Made by a program: the position numbers and the translations under genes. The notes under the pieces were generated by a model that had not been told where the DNA came from, searched no databases, and saw only the letters and a list, made by a program, of their open reading frames with translations. Below, one piece after another: positions 1 to 9,132 of a DNA stretch of 64,000 nucleotides. Origin of the DNA: Candidatus Altiarchaeota archaeon (GTDB lineage: Archaea > Altiarchaeota > Altiarchaeia > IMC4 > SCGC-AAA252-I15); NCBI GenBank assembly GCA_043800705.1, contig JAZDMS010000021.1, forward strand, positions 21,527-85,526, read 5' to 3'. How positions within the stretch are numbered: position 1 is the first letter of the stretch; each line of letters opens with the position of its first letter.

Positions 1-1
1 C

Positions 2-253
2 GCCATCGGAAGCAACATGGTGAACATAACCCTCGTCCTCGGGGCTGCGGCGCTCATCAGCCCCATAACGGTGAATCTCCAGATATTCAATGCCGCGCTG
101 CTTTTCGCGGTGGTCGCGAACATGCTCTTCTTCTACATAGCAGTCGTCAAAAGGCAGTTCGACAGAAGGAGCGGGATGATAATGCTGGCAACATACGCAT
201 TCTACCTGATACTGATATTCGGCCTACAGTCCTCGGAGCTGCTCCCGGCCTGA
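2..253 (+). CDS. Ca2+/Na+ antiporter (CaCA family), C-terminal part; 5'-truncated by the window edge
   Basis: The frame is open from base 2 and reads AIGSNMVNITLVLG (alpha-repeat GSN motif), followed by three hydrophobic helices. Confidence 0.8.
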   Translation, partial: AIGSNMVNITLVLGAAALISPITVNLQIFNAALLFAVVANMLFFYIAVVKRQFDRRSGMIMLATYAFYLILIFGLQSSELLPA

Positions 254-264
254 GCCGGGGAGGC

Positions 265-1227
265 CTACGTGACCGTTGCGGAAAGCTCGTCTATGCTCGC
301 CATCTCATCCGAGGACAGCCTGAGGCCCATCGCCTTCGCGCTCTCCTGTGCCTGGGAGGCTTTGCTCGCTCCCGGGATGGCGACTATGGTTTCGCCGTGG
401 AAGCCGACGGTCCATGCCAGGGCGACCTGCGATACGGACGCTTCATGCGACTTCGCCACCGCATCCAGCGCCTCGACAAGCGGCCTTGAGCCCTCGATCT
501 CCTTCTTCAGCCTCATCCGCCTCATGAGCGGGATCCTCCCAAGCAGGCCTGGGTCCTTGTGGAACTTGCCGGTCAGAAGGCCCATCTCGAGGGGCGAGTA
601 TGCGATGATCGTAGTGCCTAATTCCACTGCGGCATCGAGCACGCCGTTGCCCTCGATGCTGCGGTCCAGGAGGCTGTATCGGACCTGGTTGGATGCGAGC
701 GGGTAGCCCCTCGTCTCCAAAGCAGCGTGCGCCTTCCTCATCTGGGGCGCGCTGAAGTTGCTGACACCGACCGCCCGGATCTTGTGCGCATCGAGCAGGT
801 CCGCCATCGCGTCCATCTCCGCCTTCCTCGACGACAGGGATGCGGGGAAATGTATCTGGTGGAGGTCGAGGTGATAGGGCGAGAGGTTCGATATCCTGGA
901 GCCTATCGTCTTCCTGATCGACGACGCGGTCCGCAGGAAGGGGCTCCACTTGGTTGCTATAACCGCATGCCCCACCGAGACGCCCGCAGCCTGGAGGCCG
1001 TGGGACAGCGCTCGCTCGGAGCGGCCGAAGCCGTACATCTCGGCGGTGTCGAACCAGTTGATGCCCCCATCCGATGCGGCCTTGACTATCTCGTCCGTCT
1101 CCTTTTGGGCGATGGCCGCCCACATCCCGGTCGCCCCGCCTTTTCCTTCGGAGAACTGCCAGGTCCCTAGGCCGATGGGAGTCACTTCTATGCCGGATTT
1201 GCCGAGGCGACGCATCTTCGCAGCCAT
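265..1227 (-). CDS. Aldo/keto reductase
   Basis: IGLGTWQF, GINWFDTAEMYG, IATK, VGVSNFS, IAYSPL and IPGAS motifs. Confidence 0.95.
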   Translation of the reverse strand: MAAKMRRLGKSGIEVTPIGLGTWQFSEGKGGATGMWAAIAQKETDEIVKAASDGGINWFDTAEMYGFGRSERALSHGLQAAGVSVGHAVIATKWSPFLRTASSIRKTIGSRISNLSPYHLDLHQIHFPASLSSRKAEMDAMADLLDAHKIRAVGVSNFSAPQMRKAHAALETRGYPLASNQVRYSLLDRSIEGNGVLDAAVELGTTIIAYSPLEMGLLTGKFHKDPGLLGRIPLMRRMRLKKEIEGSRPLVEALDAVAKSHEASVSQVALAWTVGFHGETIVAIPGASKASQAQESAKAMGLRLSSDEMASIDELSATVT

Positions 1228-1301
1228 GTAGGAGATTGGAACCCGGAATATTAATACGCGCCAACCAACTTCTTCCGGAAGCCGGACAGGGACATGAAAC
1301 G

Positions 1302-2072
1302 CTAGAACCTCATCCGCTTGAAGGCGTATATGCCGGCCATCACAGTGACAACCGCGAACCCGGAGAGGACTGCAAAATCAAAAGCCATAGGGAATGTCGA
1401 CGACCCTATCAGCGCGGCCCTGAGGCCGTCGACGGAGTACGTGACAGGGTCTATGAGCACGAACGGCGCGAGCCACCCGGGCAGCTGGTCGATGGGGAAA
1501 AGCGCCCCGGAGAGGAAGAACATCGGGAATATGAGGAAGCTCGACACCATCTGGAAGCCCTCCGGGCTCTCCATCTGTGAGCCTATGATGAGGCCGACGC
1601 TGACGAGACCAACGGTGGTGACGGCGAGGAATGCCAGAGAAATGGCCAGTGTGGCGGGAGTCAAGATGAGGCCGTCCATCAGGCCCGCCGCCGAGAACGC
1701 GTAGCCTATTGCTAGGAGTATGAGTATCTGGAGCATGGTGTCCGTGGAGCCCCCGACGACCTTGCCGAGGAACATTACGCTCCGGGAGACCGGGGACACC
1801 AGCACCTCCTTGAGGAAGTCGATCTTCTTGTCCCAGACGATGTAGACGCCGAAGAAGACCGACGTGAAAAGGACCGCCTGCACGAGCACTCCGGGGAATA
1901 TGAACGTCTGGTAGTTGACGCCGCTTATCGAGACCGAGGACCCGAGGCCGCCGCCGATTATCACGAACCAGAGTATGGGGTTGACTATGGATGCGACGAC
2001 CCTGGAGCGCTCCCTCATGAAGACCTTCATCTCCCTGTACCACATCGCGTAGATGCCCGTCAACGCGCTCAT
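1302..2072 (-). CDS. ABC-2 type exporter permease
   Basis: Six hydrophobic segments, FFLSGALFP and DPVTYSVDGLR motifs; overlaps the ATPase gene. Confidence 0.93.
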   Translation of the reverse strand: MSALTGIYAMWYREMKVFMRERSRVVASIVNPILWFVIIGGGLGSSVSISGVNYQTFIFPGVLVQAVLFTSVFFGVYIVWDKKIDFLKEVLVSPVSRSVMFLGKVVGGSTDTMLQILILLAIGYAFSAAGLMDGLILTPATLAISLAFLAVTTVGLVSVGLIIGSQMESPEGFQMVSSFLIFPMFFLSGALFPIDQLPGWLAPFVLIDPVTYSVDGLRAALIGSSTFPMAFDFAVLSGFAVVTVMAGIYAFKRMRF

Positions 2073-3037
2073 TTTCTGCCCCTCGCAGCCATCGCCTTTT
2101 CAGCCCACCCGCCTTCCGGGGAGTCCTCCCTGATAGCCCTGCCGGTGTAGTGTATGAACACGTCCTCGAGGGACGGCGAGCGGACTTCGACGGACTTTAT
2201 CTTTCCGCAGATGCCCAGTATCTCCTGCAGGTGGATGCTGGCGTCTTCGACGGTCAGGCATACTTCGCCTTCGAACCGCTGGACCTTCCTGACGTAGCTG
2301 AGCCCTTGAAGCGCCTTGATATCCGGCCGAGCTGCCTTCAGGCGTATGATGTCCCCGCCGAGTTCCTTCTTCAGCTTTTTGGGGGCGCCCATGACGACGA
2401 TCTTCCCGCGGTCTATCACGGCAAGCCTGTCGCACAGGCGGTCGGCCTCCTCCATGTAATGGGTCGTGATGATGATCGTGATCCTCTCCTCCTTCGCCAT
2501 CCGCTTGATGTACTCCCAGATGTGGCCGCGCGACTGCGGGTCGAGGCCGAGAGTCGGCTCGTCGAGGAAAAGGACCTTGGGGTGGTGCATGAGGCCCCTT
2601 CCTATCTCGAGCCTCCGTCTCATCCCTCCGGAGTAGTTTTTCACCCGGTCGTCCTTGCGGTCCGTGAGGTCGACGAGGGCCAGGACCTCCCTGATCCGCT
2701 TCTCCCTCAGGTCGGAGGGCATGTCGTAGAGCCAGCCGTGGAGCTTGAGGTTCTCGTAGCCTGTCAGTATCTCGTCAGAGCTCGGGTCCTGGAACACGAT
2801 GCCTATGGATTTCCTCACCTTCTCCGGCTGCCTGACGATGTCGTGGCCCCCGACCTTCGCGGACCCCGACGTCGGCTCCTTCAGGGTCGTCAGCATCATC
2901 AGTATCGTGGTCTTGCCCGCGCCGTTTGGGCCCAGGAGGCCGAATATCTCCCCCTCCCTGATCCGGAGGTTGAGAGCGTCGACTGCGACGAGCGTCCCAT
3001 ACTCCTTCGTCAGGTCCTTGGTCTCAATGACGTGCAT
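2069..3037 (-). CDS. ABC transporter ATP-binding protein (DrrA-like)
   Basis: Walker A GPNGAGKT, signature YSGGM, Walker B LFLDEPT. Confidence 0.95.
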   Translation of the reverse strand: MHVIETKDLTKEYGTLVAVDALNLRIREGEIFGLLGPNGAGKTTILMMLTTLKEPTSGSAKVGGHDIVRQPEKVRKSIGIVFQDPSSDEILTGYENLKLHGWLYDMPSDLREKRIREVLALVDLTDRKDDRVKNYSGGMRRRLEIGRGLMHHPKVLFLDEPTLGLDPQSRGHIWEYIKRMAKEERITIIITTHYMEEADRLCDRLAVIDRGKIVVMGAPKKLKKELGGDIIRLKAARPDIKALQGLSYVRKVQRFEGEVCLTVEDASIHLQEILGICGKIKSVEVRSPSLEDVFIHYTGRAIREDSPEGGWAEKAMAARGRK

Positions 3038-3106
3038 GATATGTTCCCTCCTTCGCCGAGATATGAATTAAGGGCATCGCGAGTATAAGCATTCGCGTTA
3101 CCGACG

Positions 3107-4264
3107 CTATACCTTGCCGCGTGTACCGGCTTTTCCTAGCCATCCCAGGCGGGATTTCAAAGTTATCGCCTTGTGGGGGCACAGCTCATGGCAGCAGTAG
3201 CATCGTATGCACCTTCCCAGGTCCATGCGGGCCTTGTCGGAGACCGTTATCGCCTTTGCAGGGCAGTTCTGGGCGCATATCCCGCATCTGACGCAGTTTT
3301 TTCCCGCGACGGGGTAGGGGACGAGCAGCGCCAGCGCAAAGGACCGTAGAGCCTTCGAGGACATTACCCTGCCGACGATCCCTTTCGCCCCCGATGCCGG
3401 CTTGAAGGGGACCATGACGTCGGCTATCTTCGCGCCGACGACTTCGATGTCCGAGACCTCTTGGGAACACAGTCCGCGGGCCATCGCCTGCCTCAGGATC
3501 ACCACGTCCGCCGCGTTCATTCCGATCACTGATGTGGCGACGACGTCCAACGCGACGCTGTCCCCGCTCGCAAGTATTACTCCGGCCTTCTTCGGGCTCC
3601 CCTGCGCGCCGGGACCGTCCCCCTCCAATCCGACGACGCCGTCCATTATGCTGAGTGCCGGCTTCACGTGGCAGAGGATGTCAAGGAGCATGTCCGAGAA
3701 CATCGCCGGGTCCGGGAACCTTAGGTGATATGTCGGCTTGATGAGTCCTGGGACGAGCCCGAACAGTATCTTCGTCGCTCCCGTGAACTGGGTCAGTGTG
3801 TGTGTCTTCATCTTGGGGAGCGTGATGACAAGCTCGACATCGTCGAGGACTGCGATGAGATCCATGCGTTTGAGCAGTTTGGCCCCCGGTATGGACCTCA
3901 CGACCGCCGCCGTATCATAGTTCAGCATTGCGCCAGTCTCGTCTGCGACGGCCCTGTAGCCGCATCGTTCGTAGGCCGCATCCAGGGCCTTCCTGTTGAA
4001 CGGGCCGCCGGGGCTGTCGGCTATTATCGGGATCCCGCCGGCGGACTGCACCTGGCGGACCACGGCCTTTACCACTTCCGGATGCGTGGCTATGGACTGT
4101 TCCGGGGACGATGCCGCCAGCATGTTCACCTTCAGAAGCACCCTGTCCCCCTTTTTCACGAACCTGCCCATCCCGCCAAGAAGGGACAGAGCCTGTGCCA
4201 CGGATGATTCCACTTCCTGTGCGCCGTATGTGGCGCACCGCACGATGGCAACCAGGGGAGCCAT
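3107..4264 (-). CDS. DUF362-domain protein with a C-terminal 2x[4Fe-4S] ferredoxin domain
   Basis: VLLKVN, THP, PKMKTH and GLEGDGP motifs; two CxxCxxCxxxCP motifs. Confidence 0.9.
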   Translation of the reverse strand: MAPLVAIVRCATYGAQEVESSVAQALSLLGGMGRFVKKGDRVLLKVNMLAASSPEQSIATHPEVVKAVVRQVQSAGGIPIIADSPGGPFNRKALDAAYERCGYRAVADETGAMLNYDTAAVVRSIPGAKLLKRMDLIAVLDDVELVITLPKMKTHTLTQFTGATKILFGLVPGLIKPTYHLRFPDPAMFSDMLLDILCHVKPALSIMDGVVGLEGDGPGAQGSPKKAGVILASGDSVALDVVATSVIGMNAADVVILRQAMARGLCSQEVSDIEVVGAKIADVMVPFKPASGAKGIVGRVMSSKALRSFALALLVPYPVAGKNCVRCGICAQNCPAKAITVSDKARMDLGRCIRCYCCHELCPHKAITLKSRLGWLGKAGTRGKV

Positions 4265-4388
4265 AGGGCAGTATGATGGAGCATGGGATTAAATGCAAGG
4301 AGGGGGGTCCAAAACTGGCGTTTTCGCCGAGGTTTCCCAGAGGATATTTTTAAGTTCATGTGCGGATAGTTAATTCTGATGCTTTTTT

Positions 4389-4874
4389 ATGACAGATAAT
4401 CCAACGGGCATGGCTTCGAGCTCGAAGACCCTTCGTTCGATCACACTGAAGGAGCCTTTGGTCGTGAATCCCCAGATGTCCATCTTCGAAGCTACGAAAC
4501 TCATGGCAGCCAAGAACATCGACTCGGTCATCGTCGTCGGTTTGACTGGAAACCCGGACACGCCCCCGTCGCTTAGGAAGCCCCAGATACACGGAATCGT
4601 CACAGTCAAGGACGTCTCGAGCAGGGTCATCGCCAAAGGCCTCGACCCCGCCAGGGTGACGGTTGCACAGGTGATGACCTCTCCGATTCAGTCGGTCTCC
4701 ATCGACACGACGCTATACAAGGTCGTCATGATGATGAACCAGAACAACTTCAGGCAGGTGCCGGTCGTGGAAGGCGACAAGGTGGTCGGGCTGGTGACGG
4801 CCACGATGCTCAACACATCCATAATCAACGACATAGTGGATGACATCCGCCTGCTCACGACCATATTCAGGTGA
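4389..4874 (+). CDS. CBS-domain pair protein
   Basis: GIVTVKD, VMTSPI and RQVPVVEGDKVVGLVT. Confidence 0.88.
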   Translation: MTDNPTGMASSSKTLRSITLKEPLVVNPQMSIFEATKLMAAKNIDSVIVVGLTGNPDTPPSLRKPQIHGIVTVKDVSSRVIAKGLDPARVTVAQVMTSPIQSVSIDTTLYKVVMMMNQNNFRQVPVVEGDKVVGLVTATMLNTSIINDIVDDIRLLTTIFR

Positions 4875-4878
4875 GGGC

Positions 4879-5241
4879 CTAACCGAACGCTAATCCTGAT
4901 ATGACAGGCAGCACCAGGTATATCAGCAGCACCGTCAGGAACACATAGGATACCACGCTGATCACGATCGTCTGCATCTGGGAGCGGACGTCTTCCGCCC
5001 TGCAGGCGCCCCCCGACCTCCTTCTGACCGTCAGATACAGGGAGAGAGCAAGGAACAGCGTGCCTGCCATGACGAAGAACCACTTGTATCGCGGCAGCTT
5101 CAGGGCGGCGGCCGCGCTTCCAGCACCCAATGCGGAAAAAAAAAGGACAAACGCTATGGGGAAGCTGCAGCAGCTCGATGCTACGATCGCCGCCTTCATC
5201 CCGAGCCAGAACCCCTTCAGGCCCGCATCAGAATCCCGCAT
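4879..5241 (-). CDS. MerT-like three-TM heavy-metal transport membrane protein
   Basis: A Cys pair in the first TM (ASSCCSFP), three TM helices and a loop Cys (GGAC). Confidence 0.6.
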   Translation of the reverse strand: MRDSDAGLKGFWLGMKAAIVASSCCSFPIAFVLFFSALGAGSAAAALKLPRYKWFFVMAGTLFLALSLYLTVRRRSGGACRAEDVRSQMQTIVISVVSYVFLTVLLIYLVLPVISGLAFG

Positions 5242-5364
5242 GATCCCCCGACCCAGCCGCCAACGGCGGCAGCTGAATCCGGCTAATTAGGCCGGATCCG
5301 ACGACGCAGTACATATGATCTGATCAACAAAAAAAGTCATCAAATACTCATTTCCGCACCGTAT

Positions 5365-5394
5365 TCAGTGGCAGCGTCCGCAACCTGGGCCCAT
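5365..5394 (-). CDS. Putative 9-aa micro-ORF MGPGCGRCH
   Basis: GAGGTGA RBS 4 nt before the ATG, an upstream TATAAATA box and a downstream T-run. Confidence 0.4.
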   Translation of the reverse strand: MGPGCGRCH

Positions 5395-5475
5395 GTGTTC
5401 ACCTCTCATTTTTAATGTCCGAATACTACATAAGTTACCTGCGTATTTATAGCATCCAGTAACTTCGATGATACC

Positions 5476-5952
5476 ATGAAAGCAAAAGCCAGGAAGCTGA
5501 ACATCGCGCTGAGTCCGGAGGAGTTCTGCCCGACGAGGCAGTCGATACGGATACTGGGCAAGCAGTGGACCCTTTTGATCATCAAGGAGCTGTACTTCGC
5601 TAGGTATCAGCGCCTTGCGTTCATGGAAATCAGCAAGAAGCTCAAGGACGCATCCAGCAAGGTCCTTTCCGAGAGGCTGAAGGAGATGGTCCAGGACGGC
5701 ATAGTCAAAAGGAGGGAGATGCCGGATGCGAAGCCGCCGAGGGTTTACTATTCCATCACACCCAAGGGCAGGGACGCCTGCAGGATAATCGGGGAGTTCA
5801 AGAAGTACGGGATTAAATGGGGCAATAAGACCGAGACGTTCGACTGCAAAAATTACGAGTGCGAACTGTGCACGAAGCAACTGGAAAACGGGGGAATCCC
5901 CGCCCATCACCAGAAACTGGCGGAAAAGATAGGCGCATCGATACAGGTTTAA
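5476..5952 (+). CDS. HxlR/DUF24-family winged-helix regulator with a Cys-rich C-terminal tail
   Basis: CP...ILGKQWTLLII, SSKVLSERLKEM and PPRVYYSITPKG; tail CKNYECELC. Confidence 0.9.
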   Translation: MKAKARKLNIALSPEEFCPTRQSIRILGKQWTLLIIKELYFARYQRLAFMEISKKLKDASSKVLSERLKEMVQDGIVKRREMPDAKPPRVYYSITPKGRDACRIIGEFKKYGIKWGNKTETFDCKNYECELCTKQLENGGIPAHHQKLAEKIGASIQV

Positions 5953-5989
5953 AAAAAAAATCAGGGACATATGGGGTTGACCCCATATG
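5951..5989 (-). terminator. Hairpin plus U-tract between convergent genes
   Basis: CATATGGGG-ttga-CCCCATATG (5968-5989) and A10 at 5951-5960. Confidence 0.6.
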
Positions 5990-5995
5990 CCATCC

Positions 5996-6403
5996 TTACT
6001 TCTGGCTCCAGAGGATGATTGCGATCACTGCCACCGTCACCGCCCCGTACACGACCAGCACGTACTTCAGCGGGATGACGTCGGAAACTATCAGCATCAC
6101 GCCGATTATCAGCGCCAACAGGCCAGTCGTCAGGAAGATCGCCTCGACAATGGTCCTGAACACGGCCTTCTTCAGCGCGATTCCGGTCTTTATGGCTTCG
6201 GCCTTTATCTCCCCCGCCTTCTGTTTGGCGTCCTCCTTGACCTGCTCGATCTTATCCTCGAGCCGATACCTGTCTAGGAAATACTTGAAGAACACCCCCC
6301 CGAGGGAGTCGACGACGTCCATCGCGATCCCGAAGGGGACTCCGCCGAGGATCCCCGGCGCCTTGGCGGTTTTTTTTCTGGCTGCGTCGGCTTTCTGCGC
6401 CAT
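5996..6403 (-). CDS. Two-TM membrane protein, YqjE/holin-like topology
   Basis: Charged helical N-terminal half and two C-terminal TM helices; coupled to the upstream gene. Confidence 0.6.
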   Translation of the reverse strand: MAQKADAARKKTAKAPGILGGVPFGIAMDVVDSLGGVFFKYFLDRYRLEDKIEQVKEDAKQKAGEIKAEAIKTGIALKKAVFRTIVEAIFLTTGLLALIIGVMLIVSDVIPLKYVLVVYGAVTVAVIAIILWSQK

Positions 6404-6404
6404 C

Positions 6405-6707
6405 TTATCTCTTTTTCAGCCTGGACATTATTATGGCGCCCGCCACGGCCCCGAGCACTGCCGCCGCGACTGCGGCGCCGGCCGGGTTCTTCCTGACTTC
6501 GACTTCGATCCGCTTCCTGGCCTTGCCGATGTTCTTCTTCAGCTTCTTGGTCTCCTTGACGACTGTCTTGCCGGATCCTTTGGAGATGCTCTTGTAGTTG
6601 TTCAAGAGCTTCGTCTCTACATCGCTTAGCGCCTTCTGGATGCGCTTCTTCTGTTCTGCACTGACTATCGGTTTTTTTAGAGCATTTGCCTTCTTTTTTG
6701 CGGCCAT
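6405..6707 (-). CDS. ElaB/YqjD (DUF883)-like tail-anchored basic protein
   Basis: Lys-rich body ending VRKNPAGAAVAAAVLGAVAGAIIMSRLKKR; GAGGTGA RBS. Confidence 0.65.
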   Translation of the reverse strand: MAAKKKANALKKPIVSAEQKKRIQKALSDVETKLLNNYKSISKGSGKTVVKETKKLKKNIGKARKRIEVEVRKNPAGAAVAAAVLGAVAGAIIMSRLKKR

Positions 6708-6790
6708 TTTTTTTCACCTCGAGATTGTAGGTTATAGATTTGTGCAAGGATATATAAACGGTGCGTTAAACGGGTGATGCCCGCATCATC

Positions 6791-7879
6791 TCAGGATTTG
6801 TCAAGCAGGTATTCCCATCTCCATTGCGTGTCCTTCAGCACCGCCTTGAGGTGGACCTTCAGCGTATCGCCCTTTTCGACGGCCGTCCTGCCGCCGCTTT
6901 GGAGGAACATGTGCTTCCAGTGCGTCAGGGGCTTCTTGGGGTCCGTCGACAGCGTGACGTTCTCGGAGAGCCTCGCCTCCCAGTACATGACGAAGCCGTG
7001 GAACTCCCCTTCCGATTCCATCACGAACTCGCCGGAATAATCTAGTTTCCGGTTCTCGGTTTCCGGTTCACGGTTTACGGTTTCCGGTTTGCGGTTTGCA
7101 GTTCTCTGTTCCCGGCCAAAACTGAAAACCGAAGACTGAGAACTGAGGACTGAATGCTGTATGCCATTTTCCAAGTCTATCGTAAAGACTTTGACCGGTT
7201 TCGCCAGGTATCTGCACCTGCCCATGTCGCAGTTCCTCACCTCCTTGGGGAACCTCCCGACAGACGAGTAGTCGATGCCGTGGATGCTGCCGAAGAATCC
7301 CAGCCCTACGTCCTTCGACTCGACAGGCACGAGATAGACGTCTATGCGCTCCGGCATTATCCTCCCGCCGGGCTTCAGGAGGCGCCTGGCGTTGGCCACC
7401 TTGTAGGTGAGGCCCTCGTCGGTGAGGCGCATGCCGATGAGTTCGCAGATGATGCAGTCGACGGGGGGCATCTTCAGGTCGCGTATGTCGGCCCTGACGA
7501 ATTCGACGTTGCTTAGGCCGTTATTTTTCGCGACGCTTCGCGCGACTTCGATGATTTCCGCGGGCTCGACACCTATGACCGAGCCTGCGCCAGCCTTTGC
7601 CGCGAGCATCGCCAGTATGCCGGTCCCTGTGCCCACATCCAGCACCCGGTCGCCTGGCTTCACGGACTCCCTGATAGCGGCCTCGAACGCCCGCATCCTT
7701 ACCTCGTCCTTGAGGAGGGTCTGGTGGACCTCGATCTTCGACCACGTGTACTGGTATGCGGTGTCGGTGAAGAAGTATGCGGCCATGAGCCCGTCGAGAG
7801 CCAGAGTGGCGTCCGACAGGCGCATTATAAGGTCCCGCCATAGGATGCGGGGGGATGCTGACAGTCGTGGCAGTTGCAT
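6791..7879 (-). CDS. Protein-arginine N-methyltransferase (PRMT)-like SAM-dependent methyltransferase
   Basis: HQTLLKDEVR, VLDVGTGTGIL, double-E loop CELIGMRLTDE, THW loop STDPKKPLTHWK. Confidence 0.85.
   Translation of the reverse strand: MQLPRLSASPRILWRDLIMRLSDATLALDGLMAAYFFTDTAYQYTWSKIEVHQTLLKDEVRMRAFEAAIRESVKPGDRVLDVGTGTGILAMLAAKAGAGSVIGVEPAEIIEVARSVAKNNGLSNVEFVRADIRDLKMPPVDCIICELIGMRLTDEGLTYKVANARRLLKPGGRIMPERIDVYLVPVESKDVGLGFFGSIHGIDYSSVGRFPKEVRNCDMGRCRYLAKPVKVFTIDLENGIQHSVLSSQSSVFSFGREQRTANRKPETVNREPETENRKLDYSGEFVMESEGEFHGFVMYWEARLSENVTLSTDPKKPLTHWKHMFLQSGGRTAVEKGDTLKVHLKAVLKDTQWRWEYLLDKS
7043..7159. repeat. Inverted array of degenerate heptamers, in-frame inside the PRMT-like gene
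   Basis: Ten CGGTTTC-like units, a 5-nt spacer and six AAAACTG-like units; 117 bp = 39 codons. Confidence 0.9.
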
Positions 7880-7881
7880 TT

Positions 7882-8397
7882 TTACCGGGTCATTATGTAG
7901 GCGCCGTCCTTTCCGCCGTCGATCTCCTTCAGCTTCACCCTGATCTCCTCGCTGACGGATGTAGGGATCTTCGCCCCGACAAAGTCGGCTGTTATGGGAA
8001 GCTCCCTGTGTCCGCGGTCTATCAGCACGGCGGTCTTGATGCTCCTTGGCCTGCCCTGGCCCATGACGGCATCCAATGCGGCCCGGATCGTCCTACCCGT
8101 GGACATTACGTCGTCTACGAGGATCACGTCCTTGTCGGTTATGCTGAAGGGTATGTCGGAACGGTCCTCGGTGCTTTCGGATTTCAGGTCGTCCCTGTGG
8201 GGGCGGGCGTCAAGGGAGCCTACCTTGACCCCCTTGCCGAGGTCCTTCGCGATCCTTCTGGCGAGGTTGTCCCCCCGTGTGATTATTCCAAGGACGACCA
8301 TGTTCTTCGTGTCGGGGTACTCTGCGAGTATGGCCTTCGCGATCTTCGCGAGATTCCAGCCGATCTCCCCGTCGTCCATCACCTGTTTGACGCTCAT
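7882..8397 (-). CDS. pyrR: PyrR (pyrimidine regulator / uracil phosphoribosyltransferase)
   Basis: GIITRG, HRDD, VILVDDVMSTGRTIRAALDA and DRGHRELPITADFVG. Confidence 0.9.
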   Translation of the reverse strand: MSVKQVMDDGEIGWNLAKIAKAILAEYPDTKNMVVLGIITRGDNLARRIAKDLGKGVKVGSLDARPHRDDLKSESTEDRSDIPFSITDKDVILVDDVMSTGRTIRAALDAVMGQGRPRSIKTAVLIDRGHRELPITADFVGAKIPTSVSEEIRVKLKEIDGGKDGAYIMTR

Positions 8398-9029
8398 ATT
8401 CTGGACCTCCTTATGAGGCTGCGGACGATCTCGATTGCCCCAAGCGAGTCCTTCTTGCTCACTATGAGAAAGGTGCTTTCGTAGCTTGATGACACTTCGA
8501 CGACGTTGATCGACGCGCCCCCCAGCGCCATCATCAGCTGCGCGATGACGCCGGGCGTCTGCACGATCTCCGCAGGGCTCGTTATTATTATCGCCGAAAG
8601 GTCGCTTATTGTCTTTAGTAGCTCCCCCTTTTTATAGTCCAACAGTTCGATCGATGCGTCGTCAACGAAGACCGTCGACGTGTCGATGCCCTGGACCTTG
8701 ACGTAGAAGGCCGGCTGCCTCGCCGGCTGCGTCATTATCTGCGGCTTGCCCCTCATGTAGAGGATTGTGATGTCATCCATCAGCTGCAGCCTGCTTCTCC
8801 CCAGGATGCTCGAATACCTGGCTTCCGTGTCGGCCTTCACCCTGAGCCCGATGCGCTGGAGGGTGACTGCTATGGTGGATATGCCCGCCTTCTGCCCTGC
8901 GGCCTTGGATACCTCGGGCTGTATCCGCTGAGCCAGGCGACGATTGTTAACGATCCCCATCCGCATGGCGTCGAGTATCCTCAGGTCGGAATGGATGACC
9001 TCATCGACCGCCTTGGATATCGGCTTCAT
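8394..9029 (-). CDS. Archaeal ACT-domain regulatory protein
   Basis: N-terminal helical domain (GIVNNRRLA); C-terminal ACT-like TPGVIAQLMMALGGASINVVEVSS. Confidence 0.75.
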   Translation of the reverse strand: MKPISKAVDEVIHSDLRILDAMRMGIVNNRRLAQRIQPEVSKAAGQKAGISTIAVTLQRIGLRVKADTEARYSSILGRSRLQLMDDITILYMRGKPQIMTQPARQPAFYVKVQGIDTSTVFVDDASIELLDYKKGELLKTISDLSAIIITSPAEIVQTPGVIAQLMMALGGASINVVEVSSSYESTFLIVSKKDSLGAIEIVRSLIRRSRI

Positions 9030-9077
9030 TGATACACCTTTGTAATGATTATAACAACCTGGTTATAAATGTATCAA
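9029..9077. promoter_or_regulatory. Divergent promoter region with nested inverted repeats
   Basis: TTATAAC-N6-GTTATAA (9049-9068) nested within TTGATACA...TGTATCAA. Confidence 0.45.
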
Positions 9078-9132
9078 ATACACGCAGGGGTTATATCCTT
9101 GTTACATCATATCATGTTACGGTGGTTTACCC

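Noticed and set aside
5287-5394. Selenocysteine read-through of the CxxCH micro-ORF
   Set aside because: The extension runs through a T-tract and has no recognisable motif or SECIS.
5365-5394. CxxCH as a true cytochrome c heme site
   Set aside because: There is no signal peptide and the peptide is too short to fold; metal binding is more plausible.
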